Assembly: GCA_036382855.1 (NCBI GenBank)
Contig: DASVPO010000009.1
Span: forward strand, 197,182-261,181
DNA: 64,000 nt
DNA from: Pyrinomonadaceae bacterium
GTDB lineage: Bacteria; Acidobacteriota; Blastocatellia; Pyrinomonadales; Pyrinomonadaceae
Direction: 5' to 3'
Part shown: piece by piece, positions 52,316 to 61,634 of the stretch
How positions within the stretch are numbered: the stretch's first letter is position 1
Layout: the number at the start of each line of letters is the position of its first letter
Position numbers and translations under genes: made by a program
The notes under the pieces: generated by a model
What the model was told of the DNA's origin: nothing
Databases searched by the model: none
The model's input: the letters and a program-made list of their open reading frames with translations, nothing else

Positions 52316-52816
52316 TTTATAAGCCCTCGTATACTCTATGTAGTTTTTCCAGAACACTTCGAGGCCAGCAACCTCTTCATCGTTGAGCGGGCGCTTGATG
52401 CGCGCGGGCGCGCCGATGACGAGCGAGCGCGGCGGAATCTGCGTGCCGGGTGCGACGAGCGCTCCGGCGGCAACGAGCGACTGCGCGCCGACGCGCACTC
52501 CGTCCATCACGATTGAACCCATTCCAATCAGGCATCCTCGCTCGATATGGCAGCCGTGCAGCGTCGCGTTGTGCCCGACCGTCACTTCGTCTTCGAGGAT
52601 GGTGGCGTGCGTGCCGTTGGTGACGTGTATGACCGTACCGTCCTGTATGTTTGTACGGTTGCCGATGCGTATGTAGAAACAATCGCCGCGCACCGTCGCG
52701 TTAAACCAGACGGAAGCCTCTTCGCCAATCGAGACATCGCCGATAATCTGCGCGCTCTCTTCGATAAAGGCTGTCGGATGAATCTGCGGGTGCTTGCCCT
52801 GAAACGGTCTAATCAT
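52304..52816 (-). CDS. gamma-class carbonic anhydrase family protein (hexapeptide repeat, YrdA/PaaY-like)
   Basis: MIRPFQGKHPQIHPTAFIEESAQIIGDVSIG and left-handed beta-helix hexapeptide repeats. Confidence 0.8.
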   Translation of the reverse strand: MIRPFQGKHPQIHPTAFIEESAQIIGDVSIGEEASVWFNATVRGDCFYIRIGNRTNIQDGTVIHVTNGTHATILEDEVTVGHNATLHGCHIERGCLIGMGSIVMDGVRVGAQSLVAAGALVAPGTQIPPRSLVIGAPARIKRPLNDEEVAGLEVFWKNYIEYTRAYKSDE

Positions 52817-53029
52817 AACGAGCCGCCAGCAGTCTGAACAGACTCCTTTCTCCTCCGGCTGATGAAAGGCAAAACGGTAACATGCGGCACAAACAAGAGC
52901 AAGGACGATGGCGGCAGCGATGACCGTTGAAAAAAGCAGTACTCAATCATCGGAGCCGCCCTCTCATCCCTCGCCCTCAATTGCTTCCCACTTGATTTTC
53001 TACTGCCTACATGCGAGAGTGCGCGCTGG

Positions 53030-53638
53030 ATGATGAAGGTCACGACATCACATCAAAGGCGAAGCAGCGCGGCCGTCAAACTTCTGCTACTACTGCTGCC
53101 TTTAATAGCGGGAGCTTCCTGCGGCGGCTCGCTGTATAAGGTCAAGCCGGTGGTGAATGCGCCGGTTAATGTGCCAGCCGGAAGGGCCGCTGCGGGCGGC
53201 ATCGAGTTGCGCGCCGTGCCGCTGCTGACCGACGAAGAGAGCCAGAGGCTTTTTGAAGCCAACCTGCTGCTGGCCGGATTGCTTCCCGTGCGCGTTGAGT
53301 TAAGCAACGAAAGCGGAGCGCCGCTGGATTTCAAGCGCGTGCGTTTTCGCCTGCGCGCAGAGTCGGGCAAAGACTGGAAGTACCGCAACGCCAAGCAGGC
53401 CGTCTCGCGTATCCTCGATGCCAATCAGGTCTTTCTCTACAACCCCAACTCGCGCACCGCATTCGAAGCGGCCTTCCGCGCACACGCACTCGACCTTCAG
53501 ACGCCGCTTGCGGCCAATCAGTCGCGGCGCGGACTCATCTTTTTCCAGACGCCCAAGAAGGATGCTGTCGAAAGCCCGCGCGGGCTGGTGCTCAGCGTCG
53601 AAGGATTGCCGCAGCCTCTGGAGTTAAGATTAAACTGA
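53030..53638 (+). CDS. probable lipoprotein, hypothetical
   Basis: Signal peptide MMKVTTSHQRRSSAAVKLLLLLLPLIAGASC. Confidence 0.5.
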   Translation: MMKVTTSHQRRSSAAVKLLLLLLPLIAGASCGGSLYKVKPVVNAPVNVPAGRAAAGGIELRAVPLLTDEESQRLFEANLLLAGLLPVRVELSNESGAPLDFKRVRFRLRAESGKDWKYRNAKQAVSRILDANQVFLYNPNSRTAFEAAFRAHALDLQTPLAANQSRRGLIFFQTPKKDAVESPRGLVLSVEGLPQPLELRLN

Positions 53639-53668
53639 CCTGCGTTAACTTCCGAAAGACTCCGCGCT

Positions 53669-54730
53669 TCACGCTGCTAATCGTGTCGCGACTGCGACTG
53701 ACTGCTGTGCATCGTGTGCGCAGCCGTCGGCCCCTATGCTCTGCCACAATTCCGGCGCGACGTTGAAAGGATAGCCGCCCACAATAATCTTCACGTCCCG
53801 CGTTTCATCAGACGAACGCACGGCATCAATCAACCCTGCGACGGCGCGCACATGCGGCGTAATGGTAACGGAGATGGCGAGCACATCCGGCTCGCGCTCC
53901 GCAACTGTTTCCAAGACACTTGCGGTCGGCGCATTCGCGCCAAGACAAAATGTGTTCCAGCCCTCCATCTCGAAGAAGTCTGAGACCATGCGCACGCCTA
54001 TCTCATGCAGGTCTCCGGCTACGCACGTTGCCAATAGCTTGCGCCCGTTCTTCTCCGCGCCGGAGAGATGCGGGTAAAGCTGCGACATGATGAGTTGTGT
54101 TGCCGCCGTGCAGTAGTGCTCCTGCGCGACGCTCAGCAGGTTCATCTGCCAGAGCCTACCGATTTCATGCTGGCAACGCTGAAAGACGTGCAGGTAAATA
54201 TCGCTGATGCTTGCGCCCTCATCAACCGCCTCAAGAATCAGCCGGCTCGCTATGTGACGCTCGCCGCGCAAGAGAGCGTTGAGATACTGCTTCGCCAGCG
54301 CGGCGAGCGGCTGCGAATCGCCCATAAAAGTCGGCTGGTCTGAAGGCAACTGCGGTAGATGCCTGAGTCCTGTCTCGATGTATTCAATCGCCAACGCGCC
54401 CATCTCTGCCGGAAGCTCCTGCCGCAATGAATCGCGCATCACCTCAAGATTCCTTGCGAGGTCGCAGGCAGGGACGCCGCGCCCTTCCAGCATCACCTTG
54501 GCCCACGCTATGTAGTCCGCAAACAGAGAGGGCTGCGAAGCTGCGATTGACTCCGTCAGGTAAGAGAGATGAAAGCCTGCGTCCTGCAAGCACTTTGCGC
54601 GGCCCGCCGCACCGTAACGCGCGAGGAGTTCCGGCTGAAGCTCATACTGGCGCGTCGTAATGATTTCGGCCAGCCGGTCGCGCCGCGCGTTAATCAGTTG
54701 GCCCGCTTCCCTGTTTAGTTCCTGCTCCAT
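53669..54730 (-). CDS. cobalamin (B12)-binding domain protein (B12-binding_2 cap plus Rossmann B12-binding), no DNA-binding domain
   Basis: WQMNLLSVAQEHYCT (cap helix bundle) and CVAGDLHEIGVRMVSDFFEMEGW with DxHxxG His-on motif. ~170-aa N-terminal helical domain of unknown function. Confidence 0.7.
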   Translation of the reverse strand: MEQELNREAGQLINARRDRLAEIITTRQYELQPELLARYGAAGRAKCLQDAGFHLSYLTESIAASQPSLFADYIAWAKVMLEGRGVPACDLARNLEVMRDSLRQELPAEMGALAIEYIETGLRHLPQLPSDQPTFMGDSQPLAALAKQYLNALLRGERHIASRLILEAVDEGASISDIYLHVFQRCQHEIGRLWQMNLLSVAQEHYCTAATQLIMSQLYPHLSGAEKNGRKLLATCVAGDLHEIGVRMVSDFFEMEGWNTFCLGANAPTASVLETVAEREPDVLAISVTITPHVRAVAGLIDAVRSSDETRDVKIIVGGYPFNVAPELWQSIGADGCAHDAQQSVAVATRLAA

Positions 54731-54747
54731 GATTTATCGTTGTCTGC

Positions 54748-55104
54748 TTATGAACTGACCTGCTCAAAATAACGAAGCGAAGCGCTCTTCGGCACTAATT
54801 TCAGGCCCTTCGGAATCGCTTTGTGTGACTCGTGGTAGAGATGGCTATGATGCCAGACTTTGAAGCTCTGTTCATCAGTCCAGTAGGTGAACAGCCAAAT
54901 CTCATCCGGGTTATCCAGGGGGCTGAGCACTTCGAGCCGCACAAAGCCGGGCGCATCCTCAACCAGATGCGGCCGCTCTCTGAAAGCTTGCCTGACCTGC
55001 TCCGTCATCTCGTTGGCGACCGTGAATCTGCTGAGCGCAATAAAAGCCGGAATGCGAACGCCAGCAGCAACGCTTTCCAGCGCACTGCTCAAAACTTCCC
55101 TCAC
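54748..55104 (-). CDS. ABM-domain (antibiotic-biosynthesis-monooxygenase fold) protein, possibly IsdG-like
   Basis: IALSRFTV beta1, FVRLEVL, TYWTDEQSFKVWHHSHLYHESH (W/H positions resemble haem-degrading IsdG/MhuD). GTG start. Confidence 0.55.
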   Translation of the reverse strand: MREVLSSALESVAAGVRIPAFIALSRFTVANEMTEQVRQAFRERPHLVEDAPGFVRLEVLSPLDNPDEIWLFTYWTDEQSFKVWHHSHLYHESHKAIPKGLKLVPKSASLRYFEQVSS

Positions 55105-55269
55105 TCTTTTCGTCCTCCTTGCTGGTGATTGCGGTTAGACAGTGGGCTAACAGTAACACCCGGACGCGTATATATGTATGTAGTTTTAGTCACATTTTAT
55201 ACTCTACTTTCGGCAATCCTTTGAAAGGGCGTGAAAAGAGTATAAGCTCAGGGCGCGAAAGGCGTGCGG

Positions 55270-55377
55270 ATGTCCGTCGAAGAGAACAAACAGGTCGTCC
55301 GGCGATTCTACGGAGAACTCTGGAACAAGCGCCAAATCAACATCGCGGGCGACATTAACGGTAATAAGCCGCAATGA
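55270..55377 (+). pseudogene. N-terminal remnant of a SnoaL-like/ester cyclase gene (35 codons, then stop)
   Basis: MSVEENKQVVRRFYGELWNKRQINIAGDINGNKPQ*. The classic ENKxVVRRFYEEVWNKG start of NTF2-like ester cyclases, terminating after 35 aa. Confidence 0.4.
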
Positions 55378-55425
55378 TAACGCGCCGGAAACGTGCGACA
55401 CATCACTTAAGGAGAGTTTGAGCTT

Positions 55426-56289
55426 ATGTGCCTGGGCGATGATTTTGACCTTGAAAGCCCCGAACGCAGAACGTTCCTTTCAAAGACCACGGCAGCCGCC
55501 GCAGCAGCCTTCGCCACACTCACCTTTCTGCGCCAAGCAACAGGTTCGACGCAGCAGCAAGAAGCGCAGACGCCGCCGACGCGCGTTCTGGACGCACCCA
55601 ATATTCAGCATGGCAGGGTGACGTTTAAGAGCGGCGCTAAGGAGATTGATGGCTACCTCGCCCGCCAGAAAGGCAAAGGCAGGCACAGGCCCGTTCTCGT
55701 CGTCGCCGGAAACAGAATTACTGAAGAGTATATTCCTAACACCTGCGCCGCGCTTGCCGTCGCGGGCTACGTCGGTCTTGCGCCCAACATCTTCCACACC
55801 GTCCCGGACAGCGCGCGAACGCCCGACGAGATGCAGAAGGCTCTCGAAGGCCGCACCGAGGACGATTATTTACAGGACATACGCGCGGGTGCAGACTATC
55901 TAAACTCCCAAGCCTTCGTTAAGTCGGGCCAAGCGGGAATCATCGGCTTTTGCTCCGGCGGTCGTCGCGCAATGCTCTACGGCGCTCGCTACCATGACAC
56001 AAAGGCCGTCGTTCCTTATCATCCGGCGCGTATGAAGGCTGAGGAAGTCGCGACGTTGAAAGCGCCCGTGCAGATACATCAGGGTACGGCCGACCGTCAT
56101 ATCCCCGTCATCTGGATTAAAGAGTTGGAGGAAATTTTCCGTAAGCAGAAGACGCCCGTCGAGGTCTACTTTTACGAAGGGGCCGACCACGGCTTTCTGG
56201 CTTACACGCGTCCCTACTACAAACCAAACGATGCCCTGCTATCATGGAAACGAACCACAGAGTTTCTAAATAAGCATCTCAGGAAATAG
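55426..56289 (+). CDS. dienelactone hydrolase family protein with Tat signal
   Basis: AAGGAGAG RBS. RRTFLSKTTAAAAAAFA twin-arginine signal. GFCSGG nucleophile motif. Confidence 0.8.
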   Translation: MCLGDDFDLESPERRTFLSKTTAAAAAAFATLTFLRQATGSTQQQEAQTPPTRVLDAPNIQHGRVTFKSGAKEIDGYLARQKGKGRHRPVLVVAGNRITEEYIPNTCAALAVAGYVGLAPNIFHTVPDSARTPDEMQKALEGRTEDDYLQDIRAGADYLNSQAFVKSGQAGIIGFCSGGRRAMLYGARYHDTKAVVPYHPARMKAEEVATLKAPVQIHQGTADRHIPVIWIKELEEIFRKQKTPVEVYFYEGADHGFLAYTRPYYKPNDALLSWKRTTEFLNKHLRK

Positions 56290-56462
56290 CCCGAAGACTT
56301 CGCCACTCGCGCCTGACATTCAACCGAGCCGCGCAAGCTCTCACAGCATCCCTCTCATTCTTATTCACCACCGTTAGGCCGGAGCACGTTCACGTGTTTC
56401 CATCTCAACTCCAGGCATCAGTGTTAATGGGTTAATCAATCTTAACCAAGTTGACGAACAAG

Positions 56463-56505
56463 CTAGATGTGTGTTGTAACACATGAATGTTTATGGTATA
56501 AACAT
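56463..56505. promoter_or_regulatory. putative MarR operator region: CTAGATGTGTGTTG box, TGTGTT-GT-AACACA palindrome and ATGTTTAT-GGT-ATAAACAT palindrome
   Basis: Perfect inverted repeats read directly. The 14-mer CTAGATGTGTGTTG recurs at 56995-57008 upstream of pirin. Confidence 0.6.
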
Positions 56506-56986
56506 GACTAACATGGGAGAAGCATTGAAAAAGCGCATCAAGCAGACAGCCGATTTTGATAGCCCATTGGAGGAAGCGCTGCTGAATTTGATGGTGGCCG
56601 CGGACCATGCTCGCGGGCGTCTTGAGCGTGCGTGCGAGGGATTCGACATCACGCCCGGCCAATATAACGTGCTCAGAATCCTTAGAGGCGTTCATCCGGG
56701 CGGACACCCGCGTTGCGAAATCGCCGCGCGTTTAATCGAAAAAGCGCCTGATGTTACGCGTCTTGTCAATCGTCTGGAGGCGCACGGGTTGGTCGAGCGC
56801 GACCGCTCAAAGGAGGATCGCCGCTTGAGCCTGACGCGGATTACGAAGAAGGGGCTGCGGCTGCTCGAAGAGATGAACACGGAGATGGAGCAGGCGAACC
56901 GCTATTTCGGCGAGAGAATCTCGCGCCGTGATTGCCGCGAGCTGACGCGCATCTGTGAGGGCATCTACGCAGAAGACGAGGACTAA
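56504..56986 (+). CDS. MarR-family transcriptional regulator
   Basis: Winged-helix MarR pattern (ITPGQYNVLRIL..., RLVNRLEAHGLVERDRSKEDRRL). The track ORF starts at 56483 but that ATG sits inside the operator palindromes. Start at 56504 (MTNMGEAL) is preferred. Confidence 0.75.
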   Translation: MTNMGEALKKRIKQTADFDSPLEEALLNLMVAADHARGRLERACEGFDITPGQYNVLRILRGVHPGGHPRCEIAARLIEKAPDVTRLVNRLEAHGLVERDRSKEDRRLSLTRITKKGLRLLEEMNTEMEQANRYFGERISRRDCRELTRICEGIYAEDED

Positions 56987-56994
56987 AGTTTTAA

Positions 56995-57008
56995 CTAGAT
57001 GTGTGTTG
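56995..57008. promoter_or_regulatory. second copy of the CTAGATGTGTGTTG box upstream of pirin
   Basis: Exact 14-nt repeat of the box at 56463-56476. Confidence 0.55.
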
Positions 57009-57046
57009 CGACAAGTAACTGTGCAATGCGCGAAGAGGATAAACTA

Positions 57047-57940
57047 ATGGCGGACAACACTCAAAAGATACGCAGCGTCACTCGCGTTGTTAATAGCATA
57101 GAGACATTGGAGGGCGAAGGCTTTCTCGTGCATCGCCCTTTTCCAACGTTTGCTCTCTCGGAGTTTGACCCCTTCCTGCTCTTGGATGAGATGGGGCCGA
57201 AAGACCTTGCGGCGGGCGAAGCTAAGGGAGCGCCGGACCACCCGCATCGCGGTTTCGAGACTGTCACCTACCTGCTCTCAGGACACATGGAGCACAGAGA
57301 CTCACAAGGACACGCGGGACAACTTAATCCGGGCGATGTACAGTGGATGACGGCGGGCGCTGGCGTCGTACATTCGGAGATGCCGGAACGAGAGTTTGCG
57401 AAGCGCGGAGGCCGGCTGCACGGTTTTCAGCTCTGGGTTAACTTGCCACGGCAGGACAAGTTGATGCAGCCCAGGTATCAGGAGATTCCGGCGGTGCGGA
57501 TTCCGACGGCGCAGACCGTTGACGGTCTCGTCGCGGTGAAAGTCATCGCAGGCGAGGCACTCGGCGCACGCGCTCTGATTGAGACGCGCACTCCAATCAT
57601 CTATCTACACTTCACGCTCCAGCCGGGCGGGCGCGTTGTGCAGGCTGTGGCGGGCGAGTATAACGCTTTCGCTTATGTGGTGGAGGGCGAAGGACTCTTC
57701 GGCGCGGACGATGAAGCTGCAAGACGCGGGCAGATGGTGATGTTTGAGCGAGACGGCGAGGCCGTCACAATCTCGTCGCCTGAGAATGCGCAGGCGCAAC
57801 TTGATGTGCTGCTCATCGCGGGAGTGCCGCTTAACGAGCCGGTTGCGCGTTATGGCCCATTCGTGATGAACACGCGCGAGGAAATCTATCAGGCGCTCGA
57901 AGATTACCGCAGCGGTCGTATGGGCGCTATCAATTTCTAA
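57047..57940 (+). CDS. pirin-family protein (bicupin)
   Basis: HPHRGFETVTYLLSGHMEHRDSQGH. Two cupin halves. Start at MADNTQK. Confidence 0.85.
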   Translation: MADNTQKIRSVTRVVNSIETLEGEGFLVHRPFPTFALSEFDPFLLLDEMGPKDLAAGEAKGAPDHPHRGFETVTYLLSGHMEHRDSQGHAGQLNPGDVQWMTAGAGVVHSEMPEREFAKRGGRLHGFQLWVNLPRQDKLMQPRYQEIPAVRIPTAQTVDGLVAVKVIAGEALGARALIETRTPIIYLHFTLQPGGRVVQAVAGEYNAFAYVVEGEGLFGADDEAARRGQMVMFERDGEAVTISSPENAQAQLDVLLIAGVPLNEPVARYGPFVMNTREEIYQALEDYRSGRMGAINF

Positions 57941-57971
57941 ACAGGCGGGAACAAAAAAGGAAGGAACGAAG

Positions 57972-58601
57972 ATGGACAAGGTTAATGTTTTAATCGCATT
58001 TTATTCGCGCAACGGCTCGACCGAAGCGCTCGCCAAATCAATCGCCGAGGGAGCACAGAAGGAGGGAGCTGAAGTCCGCCTCAGGCGGGCGCGTGATATT
58101 GTTGCCGAAGAGATTATACAGAAGGTGCCGGGTTGGGCAGAGAATCGCGACCGCATGTACAAGGAATACGAAGCGCCGACTGAAGACGATGCCGTCTGGG
58201 CTGATGCTATCATCCTCGGCACGCCGACGCGTTTCGGCAATGTCTCTGCGGAACTCAAAGCATATATTGATTCGCTTGGCGGCCTCTGGTTTCAGGGCAA
58301 GCTGAACGGCAAGGCCGGCAGCGCCTTTACTTCCACCTCGACCACGCACGGCGGAAATGAATCAACCATCCTTACTCTCTACATACCGATGGCGCATCTC
58401 GGTTTAATCCTTGTGCCGCTCGGCTACGCCGACCCTGTGCTGTTCAGCGCCGGCACGCCCTACGGCGCATCGAGCGTCTCCGGGCCGGGCAGCGACCAGC
58501 CGCCGACGGATAAAGACCTTGAAGTCGCACGCTTTCAAGGCAAGCGCGTCGCGCAAATCGCGCGCGTCTTGAAAACTGCTGGCGAAACGCGCACCGAATA
58601 A
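57972..58601 (+). CDS. wrbA: NAD(P)H:quinone oxidoreductase, WrbA type (flavodoxin-like)
   Basis: VNVLIAFYSRNGSTEALAKSIAEGA and TSTSTTHGGNESTILTLYIPMAHLGLILV blocks. Confidence 0.85.
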   Translation: MDKVNVLIAFYSRNGSTEALAKSIAEGAQKEGAEVRLRRARDIVAEEIIQKVPGWAENRDRMYKEYEAPTEDDAVWADAIILGTPTRFGNVSAELKAYIDSLGGLWFQGKLNGKAGSAFTSTSTTHGGNESTILTLYIPMAHLGLILVPLGYADPVLFSAGTPYGASSVSGPGSDQPPTDKDLEVARFQGKRVAQIARVLKTAGETRTE

Positions 58602-58742
58602 GCAAGATTGATAACGGACAATCACAGCGCAGCATGGCCTTCGGTTTTCAGTTAGTCCATGCTCCGAACAGTAGTAAGCCTGCTGATTACTAAACGGCTG
58701 TTTGGCAAGTGTGATTGAGTCTCATCTCTCGCTTTAAGGATG

Positions 58743-58777
58743 AAGGCCGCCGGAATTTGAACTCTGGCGGCCTTTAT
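58743..58777 (+). terminator. possible terminator hairpin downstream of wrbA
   Basis: AAGGCCGCCGG-N10-CTGGCGGCCTT then TTATC. Weak T-tract. Confidence 0.35.
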
Positions 58778-59018
58778 CGCGCGTAAGTGTTCGACGCTTT
58801 TATATCGTGTTGCGGAATAAAACAGATTGCGAAGGCTGGACTCTGTACATAAAAGTACGACTGCACTAAACTGTCCGTAAACAAAAGGCTGCCGCCCGGC
58901 TCTCCGAACACATCGCCGAGTCTCAAATGCGGCAGTAGCTAAATCCGTTTCAAAAACGAGTTTCATCGGCAGGATACGCGCGGCGCGAGCGCTGCAACAG
59001 AGTCAACCGCTGAGCGTT

Positions 59019-61595
59019 ATGCAAGAGATTGACGATGAGAGAAGTAACGGCCTGATGCTCGTCGGCATCGGGGCTTCGGCCGGTGGCATTGACGCGCTGC
59101 TGCGTTTCTTTGAGCACACGCCGCCGGACAGCGGGCTTGCGTTTGCCGTTGTTCTGCACGCCTTGCCCGACCATGAGAGTCGGCTGGCGGAAGCGCTTCA
59201 GACGAAGACGCGCATGCCTGTGACGAGGGTGGCTGAGGTTGCTCGTGTCGAGCGCAACTGTGTCTACTTTGTGCCGCCAGATAAGCAGGTCTTTCTGTCG
59301 GGCGGGCACATACGGCTCGCCGAGCGCAGGCAGGAGAACGCCTGTAACGCGCCGATTGATTTATTCTTTCGCGAGTTGGCGGTCGCTTACAAAGATAAGG
59401 CCATCGCGGTCGTGATGTCGGGCGCGGACGCGGACGGCTCGCTCGGCCTCGGGCGTGTCAGGGAAGAGGGCGGCGTCTCCATCGCGCAAGACCCTTCGGA
59501 GGCCGAGCAAGCGGCCATGCCGCGCAGCGCCATCGAAACCGGCTGGGTAGATTTCATACTGCCTGCCGGCTCAATGCCGCAGAAGCTCCTCTCGCTCAAG
59601 CAGAACGCCGGGCGCATCCAACTGACGCCTGCCGAAAAGTCCTCGTGTAACTTCGAGGAAGATGCGCTGCTCGAAATGCTCGCGCTCCTGCGCGCACGCA
59701 CGCGCCAAGACTTTACCAACTACAAACATTCAACTCTGCTGCGCCGCATCGAGCGCCGCTTGCAGGTCGCGGACTCCGAAGACATTCCAGCCTACCTAGA
59801 GCACGTCCGCCATCATCCGGCTGAGTTGCAGGGCTTGCTGCGCGACCTGCTCATCAGCATGACCAGCTTCTTACGCGACCCTGACGCCTTCCGCATTCAA
59901 GACCTAAAGCTCCGACGCGCAGCCGTGCTCTTCTACGACATCACCGAGCGCAAACGCCTCGAAGCGAACCTTGCCTTTCTGGCCGAAGTCAGTCAGGACC
60001 TCGCGCGCTTGACGAGCATTGACGAAATCATGCAAACGGTCGGCGCGAAAATCGGTGCGTATCTGAATCTTTCGCTCTGCGCCTTTGCCGAAATCAATGA
60101 TGCGGCTGACGAAGTAGTTGTGACCCACGATTGGCACAGGGCAGATGTGCCGGGCATAGCCGGCGTTTATCGCCTCTTTGATTTCGTTACGGACGAATTT
60201 CAGCGGGCATCACGCGCCGGAGAGATTATCGTCGTCCGCGATACGATGGCCGGTGCGCGCACCGACGCGGAAAAATATGCGGCACTCAAAATCGGTTCGT
60301 TCATCATCTTGCCGCACGTCAGCGACGGCGAGTGGCGGCCTCTGCTCGCCATCTATCATTCAGAGGCGCACGATTGGCGCGACGACGAAATCGAGTTGAT
60401 GCGCGAACTGACGACGCGCCTCTGGATGCGACTCGAACGCGCACGCGCAGAAGAAGCCCTGCGCCTCAGCGAGGAGCGCCTGCGCCTCGTGCTTGAGAGC
60501 GCCACGGACTACGCCATCGTGCTGATGAACGCCGAAGGGCGCTACACGAGTTGGAACCCAGGCGCGGAGAAGATGTTCGGCTATACGGAAGCCGAGGCGG
60601 TCGGACAACCGTCAAGTCTCATCTTCACGCCCGAAGACCGCGCAGCGGGCCTGCCCGAACAGGAGTTGCAGGTGGCGGACACGGCAGGGCGTGCCACCGA
60701 CGAACGCTGGCACATGCGCAAGGACGGCACGCGCTTCTACGTGAGCGGGGTGGCGGTCTCTCTGGGGCGCGGTCGCGGCTACGCCAAGATTGCGCGCGAC
60801 CTGACGGCGCAGAAGCAGGCGCAGGAAGAGTTGCAAAAGGCTTGGGAAGATTTGGAGAAGCGCGTCGGGGAGCGGACGGCGGAACTGGCCGAGGCAAACT
60901 CCGCCCTGCGCGAAGAGGTGCGCGTGCGCCGCCGCGCCGAGCAGGAGCGTTTAGAACTGCTGCGCCGCATCGTCACCACGCAGGAGGACGAACGCCGCCG
61001 CATCTCGCGCGAGTTGCACGACCAGTTGGGGCAGTCGCTCACGGCGCTCCGGCTCAAGCTCGAAGGGTTGAAGGGCGAGGCGGGCGAGAGTTCGAAGCTA
61101 CAGGGGAGGATTACGGAGTTGGTGGAAGTGGCGCAACGTCTAGACGCGGACGTGGACTTCCTCGCGTGGGAGTTGCGCCCCTCTGCGCTCGACGACCTCG
61201 GCCTCACAGTCGCCCTGAGCAACTACGCACATGAGTGGTCGAAGCACTTAGGCGTTAAAGTCAACTTCCACTCCGCCGGTCTGGAGGATGCACGCCTTGC
61301 GCCGCTCGTCGAAACCAGCCTCTACCGCATCGCGCAGGAGGCTTTGAACAACGTCTCGAAGCATGCGGAAGCCACGAGCGTTGACCTGCTGCTTGAACGT
61401 CGCGGCCACAACGCCGTCCTCATCATCGAGGACAACGGGCAAGGCTTTAACCCCGACGAGATGACGCTCTCCGCAGGCGGGCGCGGCATGGGCCTCATCG
61501 GAATGCGTGAGCGCGCGGCTCTCGTCGGCGGCTCAATCGAGATTGAGAGCGCAGGCGGCGAAGGCACTACAATCTTCGTTCGCATCCCCTTTTGA
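59019..61595 (+). CDS. chimeric sensor kinase: CheB methylesterase, CheR N-terminal region (methyltransferase core absent), GAF, PAS, HisKA_3, HATPase
   Basis: CheB MLVGIGASAGGIDAL...VVMSGADADGS. CheR_N LLRRIERRL...SFLRDPDAF. PAS tail LFYDITERKRLE. GAF region. PAS ESATDYAIVLMNAEGRYTSWNPGAEKMFGY. HisKA_3 RISRELHDQLGQSLTAL. ATPase GRGMGLIGMRERAALVGG. Confidence 0.8.
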   Translation: MQEIDDERSNGLMLVGIGASAGGIDALLRFFEHTPPDSGLAFAVVLHALPDHESRLAEALQTKTRMPVTRVAEVARVERNCVYFVPPDKQVFLSGGHIRLAERRQENACNAPIDLFFRELAVAYKDKAIAVVMSGADADGSLGLGRVREEGGVSIAQDPSEAEQAAMPRSAIETGWVDFILPAGSMPQKLLSLKQNAGRIQLTPAEKSSCNFEEDALLEMLALLRARTRQDFTNYKHSTLLRRIERRLQVADSEDIPAYLEHVRHHPAELQGLLRDLLISMTSFLRDPDAFRIQDLKLRRAAVLFYDITERKRLEANLAFLAEVSQDLARLTSIDEIMQTVGAKIGAYLNLSLCAFAEINDAADEVVVTHDWHRADVPGIAGVYRLFDFVTDEFQRASRAGEIIVVRDTMAGARTDAEKYAALKIGSFIILPHVSDGEWRPLLAIYHSEAHDWRDDEIELMRELTTRLWMRLERARAEEALRLSEERLRLVLESATDYAIVLMNAEGRYTSWNPGAEKMFGYTEAEAVGQPSSLIFTPEDRAAGLPEQELQVADTAGRATDERWHMRKDGTRFYVSGVAVSLGRGRGYAKIARDLTAQKQAQEELQKAWEDLEKRVGERTAELAEANSALREEVRVRRRAEQERLELLRRIVTTQEDERRRISRELHDQLGQSLTALRLKLEGLKGEAGESSKLQGRITELVEVAQRLDADVDFLAWELRPSALDDLGLTVALSNYAHEWSKHLGVKVNFHSAGLEDARLAPLVETSLYRIAQEALNNVSKHAEATSVDLLLERRGHNAVLIIEDNGQGFNPDEMTLSAGGRGMGLIGMRERAALVGGSIEIESAGGEGTTIFVRIPF

Positions 61596-61634
61596 GTTTG
61601 CCCCTACAGATTTGCTCGAAGATGGAGAAGCACG

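Noticed and set aside
54748-55104. Assignment of the ABM protein as a definite IsdG-type haem oxygenase
   Set aside because: The W/H positions fit, but the position aligned to the catalytic Asn appears to be Arg/Ser. It is kept only as a hypothesis.
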